A stretch of 63,671 nt of DNA, the filler included, from Polymyxa betae A26-41 (lineage: Eukaryota > Protista > Endomyxa: Phytomyxea), in NCBI GenBank assembly GCA_003693705.1. It is 6 parts of 6 records of this genome, joined end to end, with 100 filler letters (N's around TTAATTAATTAA, not from the genome) between each part and the next. Parts side by side here need not be neighbours in the genome. Positions count along the whole stretch, not along the records: positions 1 to 22,264 come from RBZT01000824.1; positions 22,365 to 42,236 come from RBZT01000823.1; 4 more parts are not named here. One strand, written 5' to 3'. A model generated the notes under the pieces. It was not told where the DNA came from. It ran no database searches and saw only the letters and a list, made by a program, of their open reading frames with translations. How positions within the stretch are numbered: the first letter of the stretch is position 1; each line of letters begins with the position of its first letter. The translations under genes and the position numbers were made by a program. Shown here piece after piece: positions 12,267 to 23,374 of this stretch.

Positions 12267-15200
12267 ATGGCGACTCTCCATGATTTCTTTGTTGAGGACT
12301 TCGACAGCGATGACAGCCTGGAAGATGACATTGATTTATCGGAAGAGCAGGAGTGGCAGTTTCTGACAACAGCCCAGATCCCGGAATTTTACTGTACCGA
12401 TCGCCCCCCGTTGATGGATAACTATTGACAGCCGCAGTGAACGAAATGAAACAAGTTTTCCTTAATGCCAAGCAAGTCGTATCCCCATCCGAACCCTTAG
12501 CTAATCTCAGCGAATATTCCAATTATTTTCTGGATAGCATCTGCTCCTATGTTTATGACGCTGCTCAGGCAGGAACAGCAGTTGAAGACCCAGTCACAGG
12601 CGTTGATCTGATCAATTTTATTCGCACGCTGGCAACTCTTTCTGTGTACCGATGCGCCCCAACGAAGTTGTTCGACATCAAAAACAGCCATCTTCCCGAT
12701 TGCACAGAAGCTTGACCATATCTCATTCAAGAAGACTTTGAAAGCCTTGAACAACCAACCAGCGCAATCTTCTGATTCTGCACGATAAAACTCGCGTATT
12801 GTTGCTAATGAGTGCATTCGACGCACTGAAAGGGCCTTTACCCAAGCGTCAACCCGCATTGCTTACGTTGCCGGTCAGAAAATAATCTCCTTGGATGACG
12901 ACCAATACCGAATACGATCTGCTCTTTCTGAGGCAATGGGCTTTGTTCGGATCAACAATCCTAAGAAAGACTTCGGGATTGTTTCTACAAATGCAGTTTC
13001 TTTGATAAGCTCAATGGTTATCGGAATGCTTTTGATCGGAAAAGGGGAAAGCTTTGACGATGTTGTTCGGATTATCTTAATGTGGATTCAAGGCGTTGAT
13101 CTGATATCCCAAGTTCGCGCATTGGGCGAGTTAATTTGCCTTGATCGAGGTTACCGAGGGCCATCTTTGATTGAGTTCCAAATGAATGCTGAGTTTTCAC
13201 TTATCGGTACTCACAAACGCGTCAATTATCCCTTCACTTTTGAAAACGCACGCAACCGAATGACTCAGCGGGTTGTCGAGAAAATTGGCTGCAAGAACAT
13301 TTATATCGCCAGGAAGAAGTTTGGTGACAAATTTCTCTACGCCATTGCATATAGATCTGGCAAGGGTCGTGTTGCCACACTTATCTGCACAAACCCCCGC
13401 TTAGGCTACATATTCACCTGAAAAGTTTAGATATTTCTTCTACTGTGTAGAGATTTGGGTGTATCGAGCGAAGCCCTCGAAAAACTTACATGATAGCGAC
13501 ATTCCTTTGGAGCTGGTTTACAACTCGTTGGGTCAGAACACTGCCGCGCTGACATCGTACCAGGGAGGCTTCGAGTGGCATGTCCGTGCTGGGGCATCTT
13601 TAATCGTTTCAACCGCAGCTCAGGAAGCTTTGATGTACTTCAAATCGAATGCTTCAGCGGAAGAAGCTCCCCAATTTTCCACTCTCGGCATGGACATATC
13701 CTCGTCATCTGTGGAATCAACAGCAGATTCAGCTTCTCTGCGGAACAAATCCTTGTCCCAGTTGAAAGCTCAGTTAAGGCAATTGGGTTTGCCGCTCACC
13801 GGCAACCAAGATGTGCTGTTTGATTGCTTATTGAGTGCTCGTGCTCGGTCTACTTACAGCGTTGTCAACAGGCTGATGAAGAAGAGGTTCATGAAGCCCC
13901 AAACAATTCTTTTCTCAAGTTAGGTAGTGCCAACGAGATAAAAATTTTGCATGCGCTACCAGCTTTCTTCGCACGGCGCGGCGAGGGATATATGCTCATT
14001 ATTGGCACACCGGAACAACGAGGTTTACTTCTACAGAAGACGCCTTCAACCAGTTCTCATCTTGGGACATCCATCGATGGCTGTGCTGTCTTCAAGGACA
14101 CGAACGCCAGTCCCGCAATCGATTTCGCAGTGATACTGGAATTTAAAACTGCGACAGCTTCTTCAACGCAATCTGAAGCGGCTGCTAAGGTAACGTTTGC
14201 CCAAGCAAGGACGCGACAGCCAAACAAAGTGGTATTTCGAACGCAATATGGAAGCGACATGTTTAAAGCCCTTGCTTGGACACCTCCATATCGGTCACAA
14301 ATCCTACATCACCTATCTGTCACAGGCGTGCGATGCTGTTGTTTGTTATTGACAGTTTGACCTCAATCGTTTATGCATTGTTTATTGATTCCCCCCCAGA
14401 AATGCCTCTGTTTTATTCCAACTTCCTTCAACGAATGTCGTACCGTGGAGGCATTTCTCAATGAGCCAGGGAACTTTCCAACTGCGGCCAACGATTTCGG
14501 ACACGCTGTTGACATCGAAACTCTACAAACATGGCAAACGTTGGCAATGGCAATAAGGAATGAACCTATCCGCTGTTGACATCGAAACTCTACAAACATG
14601 GCAAACGTTGGCAATGACAATAAGGAATGAACCTATCCGCTGCCCAGCATCTGATAAAACCCTAACCCTATTGCGTGTCGAAATGGAACCATTGCAAAGG
14701 GGGGAAGATGTCTGCTCCAGAATTCTGAAGAGCGTCATGGTTGATTTCCGAAAGTTACGACCGCGTGCATGCGTCTTCACCGCTTCCTCATGACTGCTTT
14801 GATGAACGCCCATATGCTGTTACGCCTGATTAAGATCGAACCCCATTTATGGCGATTTCAGTCATATCAAGAACTGACAGCAGCCCTGAATGACCGAAAG
14901 CGTTTTGGGAATTCCTGCGCGATTTCATTGGCAGTTGGGTTCCTTCACTGTCTTTGATTCGCAGAGAGTCGGACGTTGGTTCCGTCCGTCAAACTGCCAA
15001 AGATCCTGTAGCGAACATGAATCCCGGACTTGCTAGGACGCCTATGCGAAACATTCTCAGATGGCACCAATCTGATGAAGGCAGACGTCGCCGATTATCT
15101 GCGGAACAGCATCAACGTGGTTCCAGAAAGAAGCGCAACTGCCCGGTGTGCCATACGCACACCAGTGTTTACTGTAAGCGATGTGACATCAATGTTTGCG

Positions 15201-15331
15201 CCCAACTGGCATATGGAGCGAGAAAAACTTGTTGGGAGGTCCCCACAAGTCAAAATCTTCTTGTCATGGATAAACAGGTCCGATCCGGCGAGAAAGGACG
15301 GAGAGGACGCTCGAATTCACTTGATTCATAG
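12267..15331 (+). pseudogene. Disrupted piggyBac-type DDD transposase fused with YqaJ/lambda-exonuclease-like and SAP domains
   Basis: Acidic N-terminus; ISLDDD (D1 ~12894), NPKKDFGI, CLDRGY (D2 ~13143), LIGTHKR, WNHCKGG-EDV (D3 ~14707, frameshifted), ALMNAHML, and C-terminal CPVC..YCKRCDINVC. The insert at 13549-14330 has QGGFEWHVR, a SAP motif, GTSIDG, LEFKT and YRSQILHHLSVTG. Confidence 0.82.
14504..14642. repeat. 67-bp tandem duplication inside the transposase (frameshifting)
   Basis: CGCTGTTGACATCGAAACTC...GAACCTATC at 14504 and 14571, one mismatch. Confidence 0.95.
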
Positions 15332-16357
15332 ATGGAAGATACTACCATATAAGGTTTTTGATACGGGGTTCTCCCTATAAAAAGTCCTTGGAAATTTGTT
15401 CCGTTCTTATCGAAAAAATGACGTCAGAAGTAGTCAAAATACGGATATTTTTTTGTTTTTTGGAAAGTCAGTGACAAGAGCGAGAACGTTTTCTAAGAAA
15501 TTGTTTACTGAAAACCGCTCTGTCCCTATTGGTGGGGCTCCAAATCCTTGCATGGTATATTATACCCTCTACGGAGTCCGTTCGGGGTTAAGCGTTATGG
15601 TCATCGATAACCCGGTCCATCTGCGGCAGCAGATCCATCAACCGTGAGGACGGTGGCATCAGTTTTAGATCCATTTTGACTTGTTCCATGATGATCGAAT
15701 GAACTTGGCCAAGAGATGGCTCATCCTCTTTCTTAACTCGATCGAGGAATTCCATTATTTCTGCATCGGATACGAACGCCTTCAATCGAATTAAACAAAG
15801 CCGGCTCAATAAATGATGTAAACGATTTAGTCGTAATCTGGTCCCCGCTAACCGTTGGTTGTGACGCACCTTCTTGGCGTATTCCTGATACGACTTCTTC
15901 TAAACGTTGCAATTTCCCTAGACAACAACTGCCTAAGATTTGGCGGTTCAGGTATGCTGGACAGCAAACTGCTCAACCCAGCCCCAACGGGAATGTTGGA
16001 CCTCTGTCGCCCAAGATCAACTCCCGATCTGTTGACATTCCCGGAACTTTCCAGTCCTGAGTCATCATATACGGAACCATCGAGCCCCGTGGTGGATGGT
16101 CCTCCATCGTTTTCGTTTAACGTCATTCCTGATATCGACAAAGCCATATCAGGCTGTTCAGCTATAGCTTTACCCCCGCTCATTGCTCAATCAACAATGG
16201 GATATCTAGAACTAAAGATATCTTTAAAAGAACTATCCCATATCAAATAGTAAAAGTTATAGATTTTAACAGTGCGATCCACCATTAAATAGTCTTGAAT
16301 ATTCGGTGATCGGACTTTTCGGAACCTCGGACTTTCCGAAACCTCAGAGTAAATATG

Positions 16358-16540
16358 TCAACGGGTCGACCCGGGTTGAATCGGGTCGGGGTTTCACCAA
16401 ACGGGTCCGACCCGATTGAGAAAACTCTCATCGGGTCGTACCCGAGTTGAACTCGGGTTCGACCCGGGTCATCTCGGGTTTATCTCAGCTCGGGTTGACT
16501 CTGGTTGGACCCGATTTTGACCCGGGTACGACCCGTGGAG
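16358..16540. repeat. CGGGT/ACCCG-rich foldback (hAT-type subterminal region or MITE)
   Basis: More than 10 CGGGT/ACCCG motifs, with inverted ends CAACGGGTCGACCCGGG ... CCCGGGTACGACCCGTGG. Confidence 0.65.
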
Positions 16541-16813
16541 AGGTTTATGCCCGCGGACTTGATCAAACTGCGGCCGGAGGGCGGCGGCGGCGGCTAGTCG
16601 GGCAAGACATGTAGACATTCAAAACCGAAGATGACAGGTTCGAGCTCCGATGTCGAATGTGTTGAGATCGTCACGGCGACTCCAGATTCGAGCTCCGTTG
16701 CCAAAGCGGGCAGAAAGTGCACCTCCGATGTCTTCGATTATATTGGGTAGCTTGGTTCTGTCGACCATGTGCTTCGAGTGACAAATCGCAGCGGTGGAGC
16801 TCAAAAAGCATAA

Positions 16814-17077
16814 TTGTTCGTCGCCATCTCGATAAAGAACATGCAGACGTTTACACGCAAACAAGCTCAGCGTAACAAACAAAAATTAAACTTTTCTTCA
16901 ACAGTTCAGGGATGGCAGGCATCAAAGGCAATATCCGACCCAGTCCTGAGTTCACTCGCGCAGATAAGGAGTTTTGCAAATCGTAAACTAATTGATTGGA
17001 TAGTTAATCACTCCCAACCGTCTTCTGTCGTAGAACAAGATGACTTTAAAGATTTCTGCTCGCGGATACGGAAGTGA
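16814..17077 (+). pseudogene. hAT transposase N-terminal fragment
   Basis: LIDWIVNHSQPSSVVEQDDFKDF fits the hAT W-I-x-x-x-x-P-x-S-x-V-E-x-x-x-F block. Confidence 0.65.
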
Positions 17078-18394
17078 AGGATGGCGGAAGCCGAAGCGAA
17101 CATTTGCTGCTGCTGTCGTTTGAGCCTGGATGACGAGCTGCCAGATCAAGATGATTAGGTACATAGGTGATTCTTCAACTTTTTATTTCAATATTGTGAG
17201 GCGATTCGCTTGAGCCGGTAATTCTGTCTCATCGATCAGGGCGTTGGAATACCAGCAGATCGAGCTCTGCTTTAATTGCGTGCTTCGACCGACGCAACGC
17301 TTCTGGTTCGTCGATGGCAGTGATTGCCGCATTACGGCTTTGCATAAAAAGCATGACATTCAGATTGCGAGTGGAAGAATCTCTCCTGCAGAGCATTTAA
17401 GTTTACAACCTCCTCAGAAATTCTCTCAATTGCTGCTGTGCAACGAGAGCGACTCTCTTTACGACTCATGTCTAACTCGACTACTTCTCAGTATGATGTT
17501 TCTGCTGATTCATTCGCCTTCCGCTTCTTCGTGGGTGTAGCATGAACTTCGTGTATGGTTTGAAATCGTTTTTCTGCCATTTGATGAGAAGCGTAGTCGT
17601 CAGAAGATTTCAGTAGAGGGATAATATCAACCGGTTACAGCTCCGGTTTGGCATTATTTTCTCCATCGGCGGTCCCAGTTTTTTAATCTTTCAAAATCCG
17701 ACAAATCGCGCCCTTCGAAGAATTGAACCGAAATGTCCTTTTCAACCTTTTCGCAAGCTTTATTCGGAAGCTTTGATCAGGCCGTCACTTTGTTTCTAAT
17801 GTTTATGTTTAATTAAAATCTAAAGATATAAATAGACGATTGATATTACCCTTACAGACCACTTCGAAATGAGTCTGATAAGAAAGAGCCATAGCGTACA
17901 TAAAAGCAGGAGTTAATCGCTGGGCACGTGTTTTTTACAGCAGAAGCCTCCATCGATGTCGGGTTCCTTCAGCGCTGTAAGTGCAACTACTCTATACATC
18001 GCTTGCCCTTAACGTGTCTCCACCATTAAAGTTAATGGGGATGGGATCGTAAACTGGCATTGCATAAGAATCAGGGCTGCCGTTAGCCGATGAGAAATCA
18101 TGGCACCGGTTAAGTCCATAGACGTGGAAAACAAAAAGGTATCTCTTGAAAGAGAACCAGAGGAATCTTTTTGGAGCATTTTACCTTTTGCAAATGAGTC
18201 GTTAGCAGCTTCGGTTTTTTCAAGAAATAGATCCGCAGAAATTTGGTCCGAAGTTAACTTTCCAAATCTAAGGTATCTTTTACTCTTTTTACAAACAGCT
18301 CTATTAGTTCCATATCCCCAAGGGTCGAGCTGGAGACGAGTCATCCCGTGAACTGACCGGGGCCATGTTCCACGACCAGAATCAATGCCGCACC

Positions 18395-21300
18395 TCAGTC
18401 GATACTGTGCAGCCACGCCATCTGGCCCCCAATGTATGTATACAGCAAGCATCGCGTCGCGATCAGCTTGATGCCATGCTGTCGTAAGCGCTCGATTACC
18501 TTCCGTAACGATTGAATGACCTCTTCGCTAGATTGTGCTTTAACAAGGATATGGTCGGTCCATATCATGACCGATCGCACCCTGGCCCGAAAATGCCCAA
18601 CATCATCCGTATTCCCCTCAATTGTTAGGGATGGGCGCGGTTCCGGCTAACCAACCGCGTAGCCAGTTCGCAGGATTAAACCGCTAGCCGGCTGGGCAGT
18701 GCGTTGTAGCCGGCTAGCCGGTAAAAAGTGCGGAGGCTGGGTTTCGAATCGGTTTCACCAGACCTCATATTCGCCAACTCTCTCCTGCGGGCGTTGCGGC
18801 TATGACGACACCCGTAAGCGATTGGGTTGACGACGTGAATCTTGCGTATGACAGTTGCGATAGAGATGTGCTCAATGAACTGGTTTTTAACAGTGCCTGT
18901 CAAAGTGTTTGTCCCAGTTCTGAGCAGGCTGCATCACGATCGGGTCGGGAAACCAAAAATCGCAAGAAGATTTCATGGGTCTACAATCACTTCGCAGTCG
19001 ATGAACAAGGTAGACGCCGATGTACAGTTTCTAGATGCAGAACGTAATATTCTTCATCAAAGGCCACCGGTACGCTCTCGCTGCATCTGAAAAAGAAACA
19101 AAAGCTCTCGCCATTTGGCCTTGCAATTGACCCGAACCAAACTACATTCTCCGACGATGGAACCTTATTAGTGGTAACTCCTTGCCTTTTTAACTAGAAA
19201 TGATGGTTAATCTAAGAGCCTTCATACGCTCATAACAACCTGTGAACTGATGATAAAAGAGCTGAGATTTTCAAAGCACTGGATCATTGGATAGTGGTGA
19301 ACAAGCTTCCTTTATCTGTCGTTGAGTCTGAGACCTTTGTTTCCTTTTGCCGCAAGCAAAACGGAGAATATCCTGTTCCTTCAAGTCGTACAGTTACTCA
19401 TGGAATTCAGGATGGATATGCTGACGCAAATCAAAAGCTTAAGCGCTGTTTGATGATATTCCTGGCCGTGTTGCTCTGACAGCAGATCGGTGGTCTGCCC
19501 GTACAATGATTCCTCGTGACAATCCACTGGATCGGACAGACTGGAAGTTACATTCGTCTCTTTTGGATTTCGTATATCTTCCCCTCCACACTGGTCGACA
19601 GCGGAGCTGATTCTCGATATTCTGACGGAATTCAATGTTCATACCAAGGTTCGTGCCATCACTACCGACAGTGGCTCTGAAATGGCACCAGCTATGAATC
19701 ACATTAGAGCTGCGCTGAAAAAAACCGGTATAAATCTCGATGATGATTGGGATCTGCGGTGCATTTGCCACATTATGAATCGTGGAGTTAAGGATTGCGA
19801 AAAGCTGATGCAAAACGAACTGGGACTTCTTCGCTCCTTATTGAAGACAGTTAGAGCACCTACGGCAATGCGACAATTCAATACTATTTAAGTGCGGTAA
19901 GGCACTCGGAATATCTGCGAAGTTGCCATTCAAGACGTTGATACCAGATGGAATTCGACATCCTTGATGATCGCCAAATGCGATGGTAAACAAACACGCA
20001 AAAATCATTTGCTAATTTCATTCCAAAGAAATAGATTTATACGCAATACTCCTCACATCAGGAAAAATTGAAACCTCTGAATCCCTTTGACTGGCGGGTC
20101 TTAAAGTCAACTGAGGGACTTTTTGTAACCTGCATAGGAGCTCACTACCGCAGCAAGCGGGCAGGTTATACAACGCTATCTATGCCGCCACCGATTTACG
20201 AATCTCTTAACAGACATATCCTGGAAACAATCAATGCTTCTGCCCAGACTGGTAGAAATATCGATTCTGCTGGACGTTTGCGCTTTTTGGACTGAATTTG
20301 TTTGCCCAGGTTTTACTGTCCCATAGCCCAGGATGCATTGATGGATCCATCTATTGGATAACATTGAATCCGAGGTTCCAAGCTTAACGAAATTCATTCG
20401 AGGTATCTTAATTCGTGATTACGGATTTCGCCTTACGTCTGTTCAGGAGCCAGCGCAGTCAGTCAGTTTGCTAACAGCAGAGAAACTGGCTCGAGCTCCT
20501 GGTCTTTTATGTGGCAGTGAAGACGAGGTGGATGATGTTTTTGACTTTACCAAAAAAGCCGATTTATCTTGTGATGACCCCATCCAGTGTTGGGGATCAA
20601 TCGGCCACAATCGATTTCGTCTTATAACTTTGCTGGTTCGCGACGCTCGCATCGCTGTGAGTTCTGCCTACGATACTTAAAGAGGAATAAAGATATTATG
20701 AGCCGACTTACTCTGAATAAACTTAGGGCTTTTACCAGTCTATAGAAACCCTAACCTTAAACCGGCTAGTCGGCAGCTAGCCGGTTTTCTAAGCGGCTAG
20801 CCGGCTGGTTCTGATTTTCAAGCCAGCTAGCCGAAACCGGAACCGCGCCCATCAATATCAATTATTCTATCCGATGTGATCACTCCATCATGAGTCATAA
20901 ACGAAAGATATTCTTGGCAGCCTTCATCCACCGGAAACTGCAAATATCCAATGAACGCGTCCAGGACTGCGAAACGACCTCGAAAATAGGCATCTGCCAC
21001 GAGGATGGGATGGTAGTAGTTGCTTTCGACGCGCTTAAATCGACAATCATTCGATAGCCTCGATTCCCAGGATTCGCCACGACCAAGGCCGTTGACGAAC
21101 AACCTGAATTCGGATTACGTCTAACGATCACGTTGTGCTCTAACTCCGATACCATCTCAGAAAGAATCTCCCGATGATGCGGGGATAGCCCCTCGCTCGT
21201 GACCGCGGCAATTCGGCATCCTGCTTTATGCGAATCTTCATCGGCTTTAGACGTGCCGGCGAGTCTCTTCCGAGTTTCGTCCTGAAAATGTCGCGAGATT

Positions 21301-21930
21301 TCAAATTATCCAGTTGCTGCTGCACCCAATCTGGCTCATTAGCATCATCGCCAATTGCAACATGTTCTGCCGAGCCGATTCCAATTCCTTATCGTTCTGC
21401 TTTCGACAATTCGCAACCGATCCTCCCTAGGATCAAAGAATATGTCATTCTTATCGTCAACTGTTAGCTCCTGCATTTTCAAGTGCTGTCCTGATGAACT
21501 CGGATCGATCCCAAAAACACCAAGCTCCGGCATACAGATCAATTTCTAATCCATCGATGAGTGAACAATCAAACATTATCCTTGCACTAAATTTGATCTC
21601 AACTGGCAATGGTACAGTTGCCTTCATAATGCCTTCCGCTAAAGATTTTGTAGTTGTTCCGATCGCCGATCCAAGCTTGAGAGGCTGTTCGAGAGCCGTG
21701 TCATCCAATGGTAAAGCTTTAACAAATTCATTAAAGTTCTTAGAATAATAGTCTTATCATCATCTCAGTCGAATACCGCAAACGCAGCAATGTTTTCCAC
21801 ACTGACTTCGACTCGCTAAAAATTTCCCTTGACAGCATTAAGTCGTCTGGCTTTCTGGTTGTTTTGCCAGAACGCAACTTTCGCTCTGCCAATACCGTGG
21901 TCAACTCTGTTTGCTCCGTTTCAGGGTGTT
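18395..21930 (-). mobile_element. Degenerate Ty3/gypsy pol split by the hAT insertion
   Basis: RT YRMIVDL...FAVLDAFIGYLQFPVDEGCQEYLSFMTHDGVITSDRII (20858-21155) resumes as EGNTDDVGHF...MIWTDHILV..LRQHGIKL left of 18626. Confidence 0.85.
18626..20857 (+). mobile_element. hAT DNA transposon with degenerate BED-finger transposase
   Basis: TIRs TAGGGATGGGCGCGGTTCCGG and revcomp TATTGATGGGCGCGGTTCCGG. 8-bp TSD TCAATTGT/TCAATTAT. CTAGCCGG subterminal repeats. SWVYNHF..C..C, TTDSG, RCICHIMN and DTRWNST motifs. Confidence 0.92.
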
Positions 21931-21941
21931 TTGTGTGCAGC

Positions 21942-22044
21942 TGTATCGGTTTGGGAACCAACTAAGCAATCTAAGCGCTTAGATTGCTAAGTTGGTTCCC
22001 AAACCGATCGCTTAGATTGCTTAGTTGGTTCCCAAACCGATACA
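21942..22044. repeat. Near-perfect palindrome with a duplicated arm
   Basis: ATCGGTTTGGGAACCAACTAAGCAATCTAAGC|GCTTAGATTGCTAAGTTGGTTCCCAAACCGAT followed by a second copy of the right arm. Confidence 0.85.
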
Positions 22045-22221
22045 AAAATGTGTTCCGGCTCCTTTCGAGTCGTTCCTCAACATTCCCCAGGGCATCCTCA
22101 TATCCCCAGTATCTAAACGCTTCGTAGTGGTATCCCGAAAACCCCTCAAAAATCCTCAGTCATCAGCGTGACTCGAACCCCGGACCTCCGGAGACGAACA
22201 CATTTTTGTATCGGTTTGGGA
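22030..22221. mobile_element. MITE-like element with 26-bp perfect inverted termini
   Basis: TCCCAAACCGATACAAAAATGTGTTC (22030-22055) and GAACACATTTTTGTATCGGTTTGGGA (22196-22221). Confidence 0.7.
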
Positions 22222-22264
22222 GTTGCTACTGTCAAGACTTGACGCCAACATTGGAATACGCGAC

Positions 22265-22364
22265 NNNNNNNNNNNNNNNNNNNNNNNNNNNNNNNNNNNN
22301 NNNNNNNNTTAATTAATTAANNNNNNNNNNNNNNNNNNNNNNNNNNNNNNNNNNNNNNNNNNNN
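22265..22364. other. Assembly gap with six-frame-stop spacer (others at 42237-42336, 46507-46606, 50154-50253, 60117-60216)
   Basis: N44-TTAATTAATTAA-N44. Confidence 0.98.
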
Positions 22365-22586
22365 TTTCGCCACCACTCACATACAGTATCCATTGATTGC
22401 GCGATCCACAGTGACCCATACTGAAGAGTGACGTATATAACAGGGTTCCACAGTAGCAGTTTGGAAGGGTTTCTATCACATTGTTGATGGGGCGATGATG
22501 TCTAGTCCAAACTCTGCGCAACTCCTACAGTTGGACACGACCAGTTGCATTCCCCGCATTCATTCAGCTTTTTTACCTCTGTCTTG

Positions 22587-23374
22587 ATGAAGGCCTTCTT
22601 GATCGCCGCCCTGGTCCTACTGCCGGCCTGTTCGCTGGCCGCTTCCATCACTGACAACGGTAGCAGCGTCCTTGTGTTTCGTTACCGGTTTGTATTGATG
22701 GTATGACAGACTCGGATCCCGTCTCGCCATCGCAGTCCCTCCCGGTCAATGACAGCGACGATCTGGATGGTAAATAATTACATCCATTTAGTGTAATGTT
22801 ACTCAGTGATATTATTATAGACCACGAGCTCGAGTTCCCTCCTGGGTCTCTAGAACGTTTAGAAGAGCTTGTCGAAACTCTCTCCGATATCCTCTCTGAA
22901 TCCAGCTCCGATTCCGGCTTTGAGTTGTTCGATGACGATTTCGAATATTTCTTCGAATGCCTGGACGATCTGGAGGATTCCATGTACGGCTCGGAATCCG
23001 AATCTGAACAATCGGAGATGTCATCGGAAGAGTCGCAAAGCGATTCTGACGAATCCAGCGCTGATGCCGAGAATCCCTTCGATTCATGGTTCTTCAAAAG
23101 CATCATCGAAGCTTCCCACTTTCTTGATCAGGTGCAGCCTGGCTTAACTTGGGAAAAGGCGCTGGAGATGCCCTCTGCTGAACTTAAAACCTTACTCAAG
23201 AAACATCCGAACGAGTCGTCGTATGAAATCGTCACGCTACTCCTATCGGAAGATGCTCGTCAAGTATTGAATGAGATCAACATTGAGCTTCGCTCTGCAA
23301 TGAGTTATGCATTCGCTAAGAAATCGGCCAATAACTCGCCACGTCTGGCTGACGATCTTCTGATCCCGGCCTGA
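22587..23374 (+). CDS. Predicted secreted acidic protein, 3 exons (effector candidate)
   Basis: Signal peptide MKAFLIAALVLLPACSLA at 22587. Two GT-AG introns splice in frame into ORF 22796-23374, which is D/E/S-rich and then helical. Confidence 0.7.

Larger units (their letters stand above)
11865..15587 (+). mobile_element. piggyBac-superfamily transposon with embedded YqaJ-like nuclease and SAP motif
   Basis: TTAA TSDs at 11861-11864 and 15588-15591. 10-bp TIRs CCCCGAACGG/CCGTTCGGGG. Palindromic subterminal repeats ATGGTATATTATACCAT at ~11880, ~11945 and ~15552 (last copy one mismatch). Confidence 0.9.
10640..16183 (-). mobile_element. Degenerate Ty3/gypsy gag-pol interrupted by the piggyBac-type element
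   Basis: With 11865-15591 removed, gag (15588-16183) continues in frame (a few stops) into a CCHC knuckle CLKCCHRGHKMKQC (11450-11665). Then protease ILDSGAD (11204-11422) and the RT start KPFRCKARQH (10640-11014). Confidence 0.85.

Noticed and set aside
11878-15575. 26-bp direct repeats read as recombinase att sites
   Set aside because: Better explained as subterminal repeats inside TTAA-flanked piggyBac TIRs.
22265-22364. TTAATTAATTAA motif repeated five times within N runs
   Set aside because: Artificial six-frame-stop scaffold spacer. ORFs running into it are artefacts, and adjacency across gaps is unproven.
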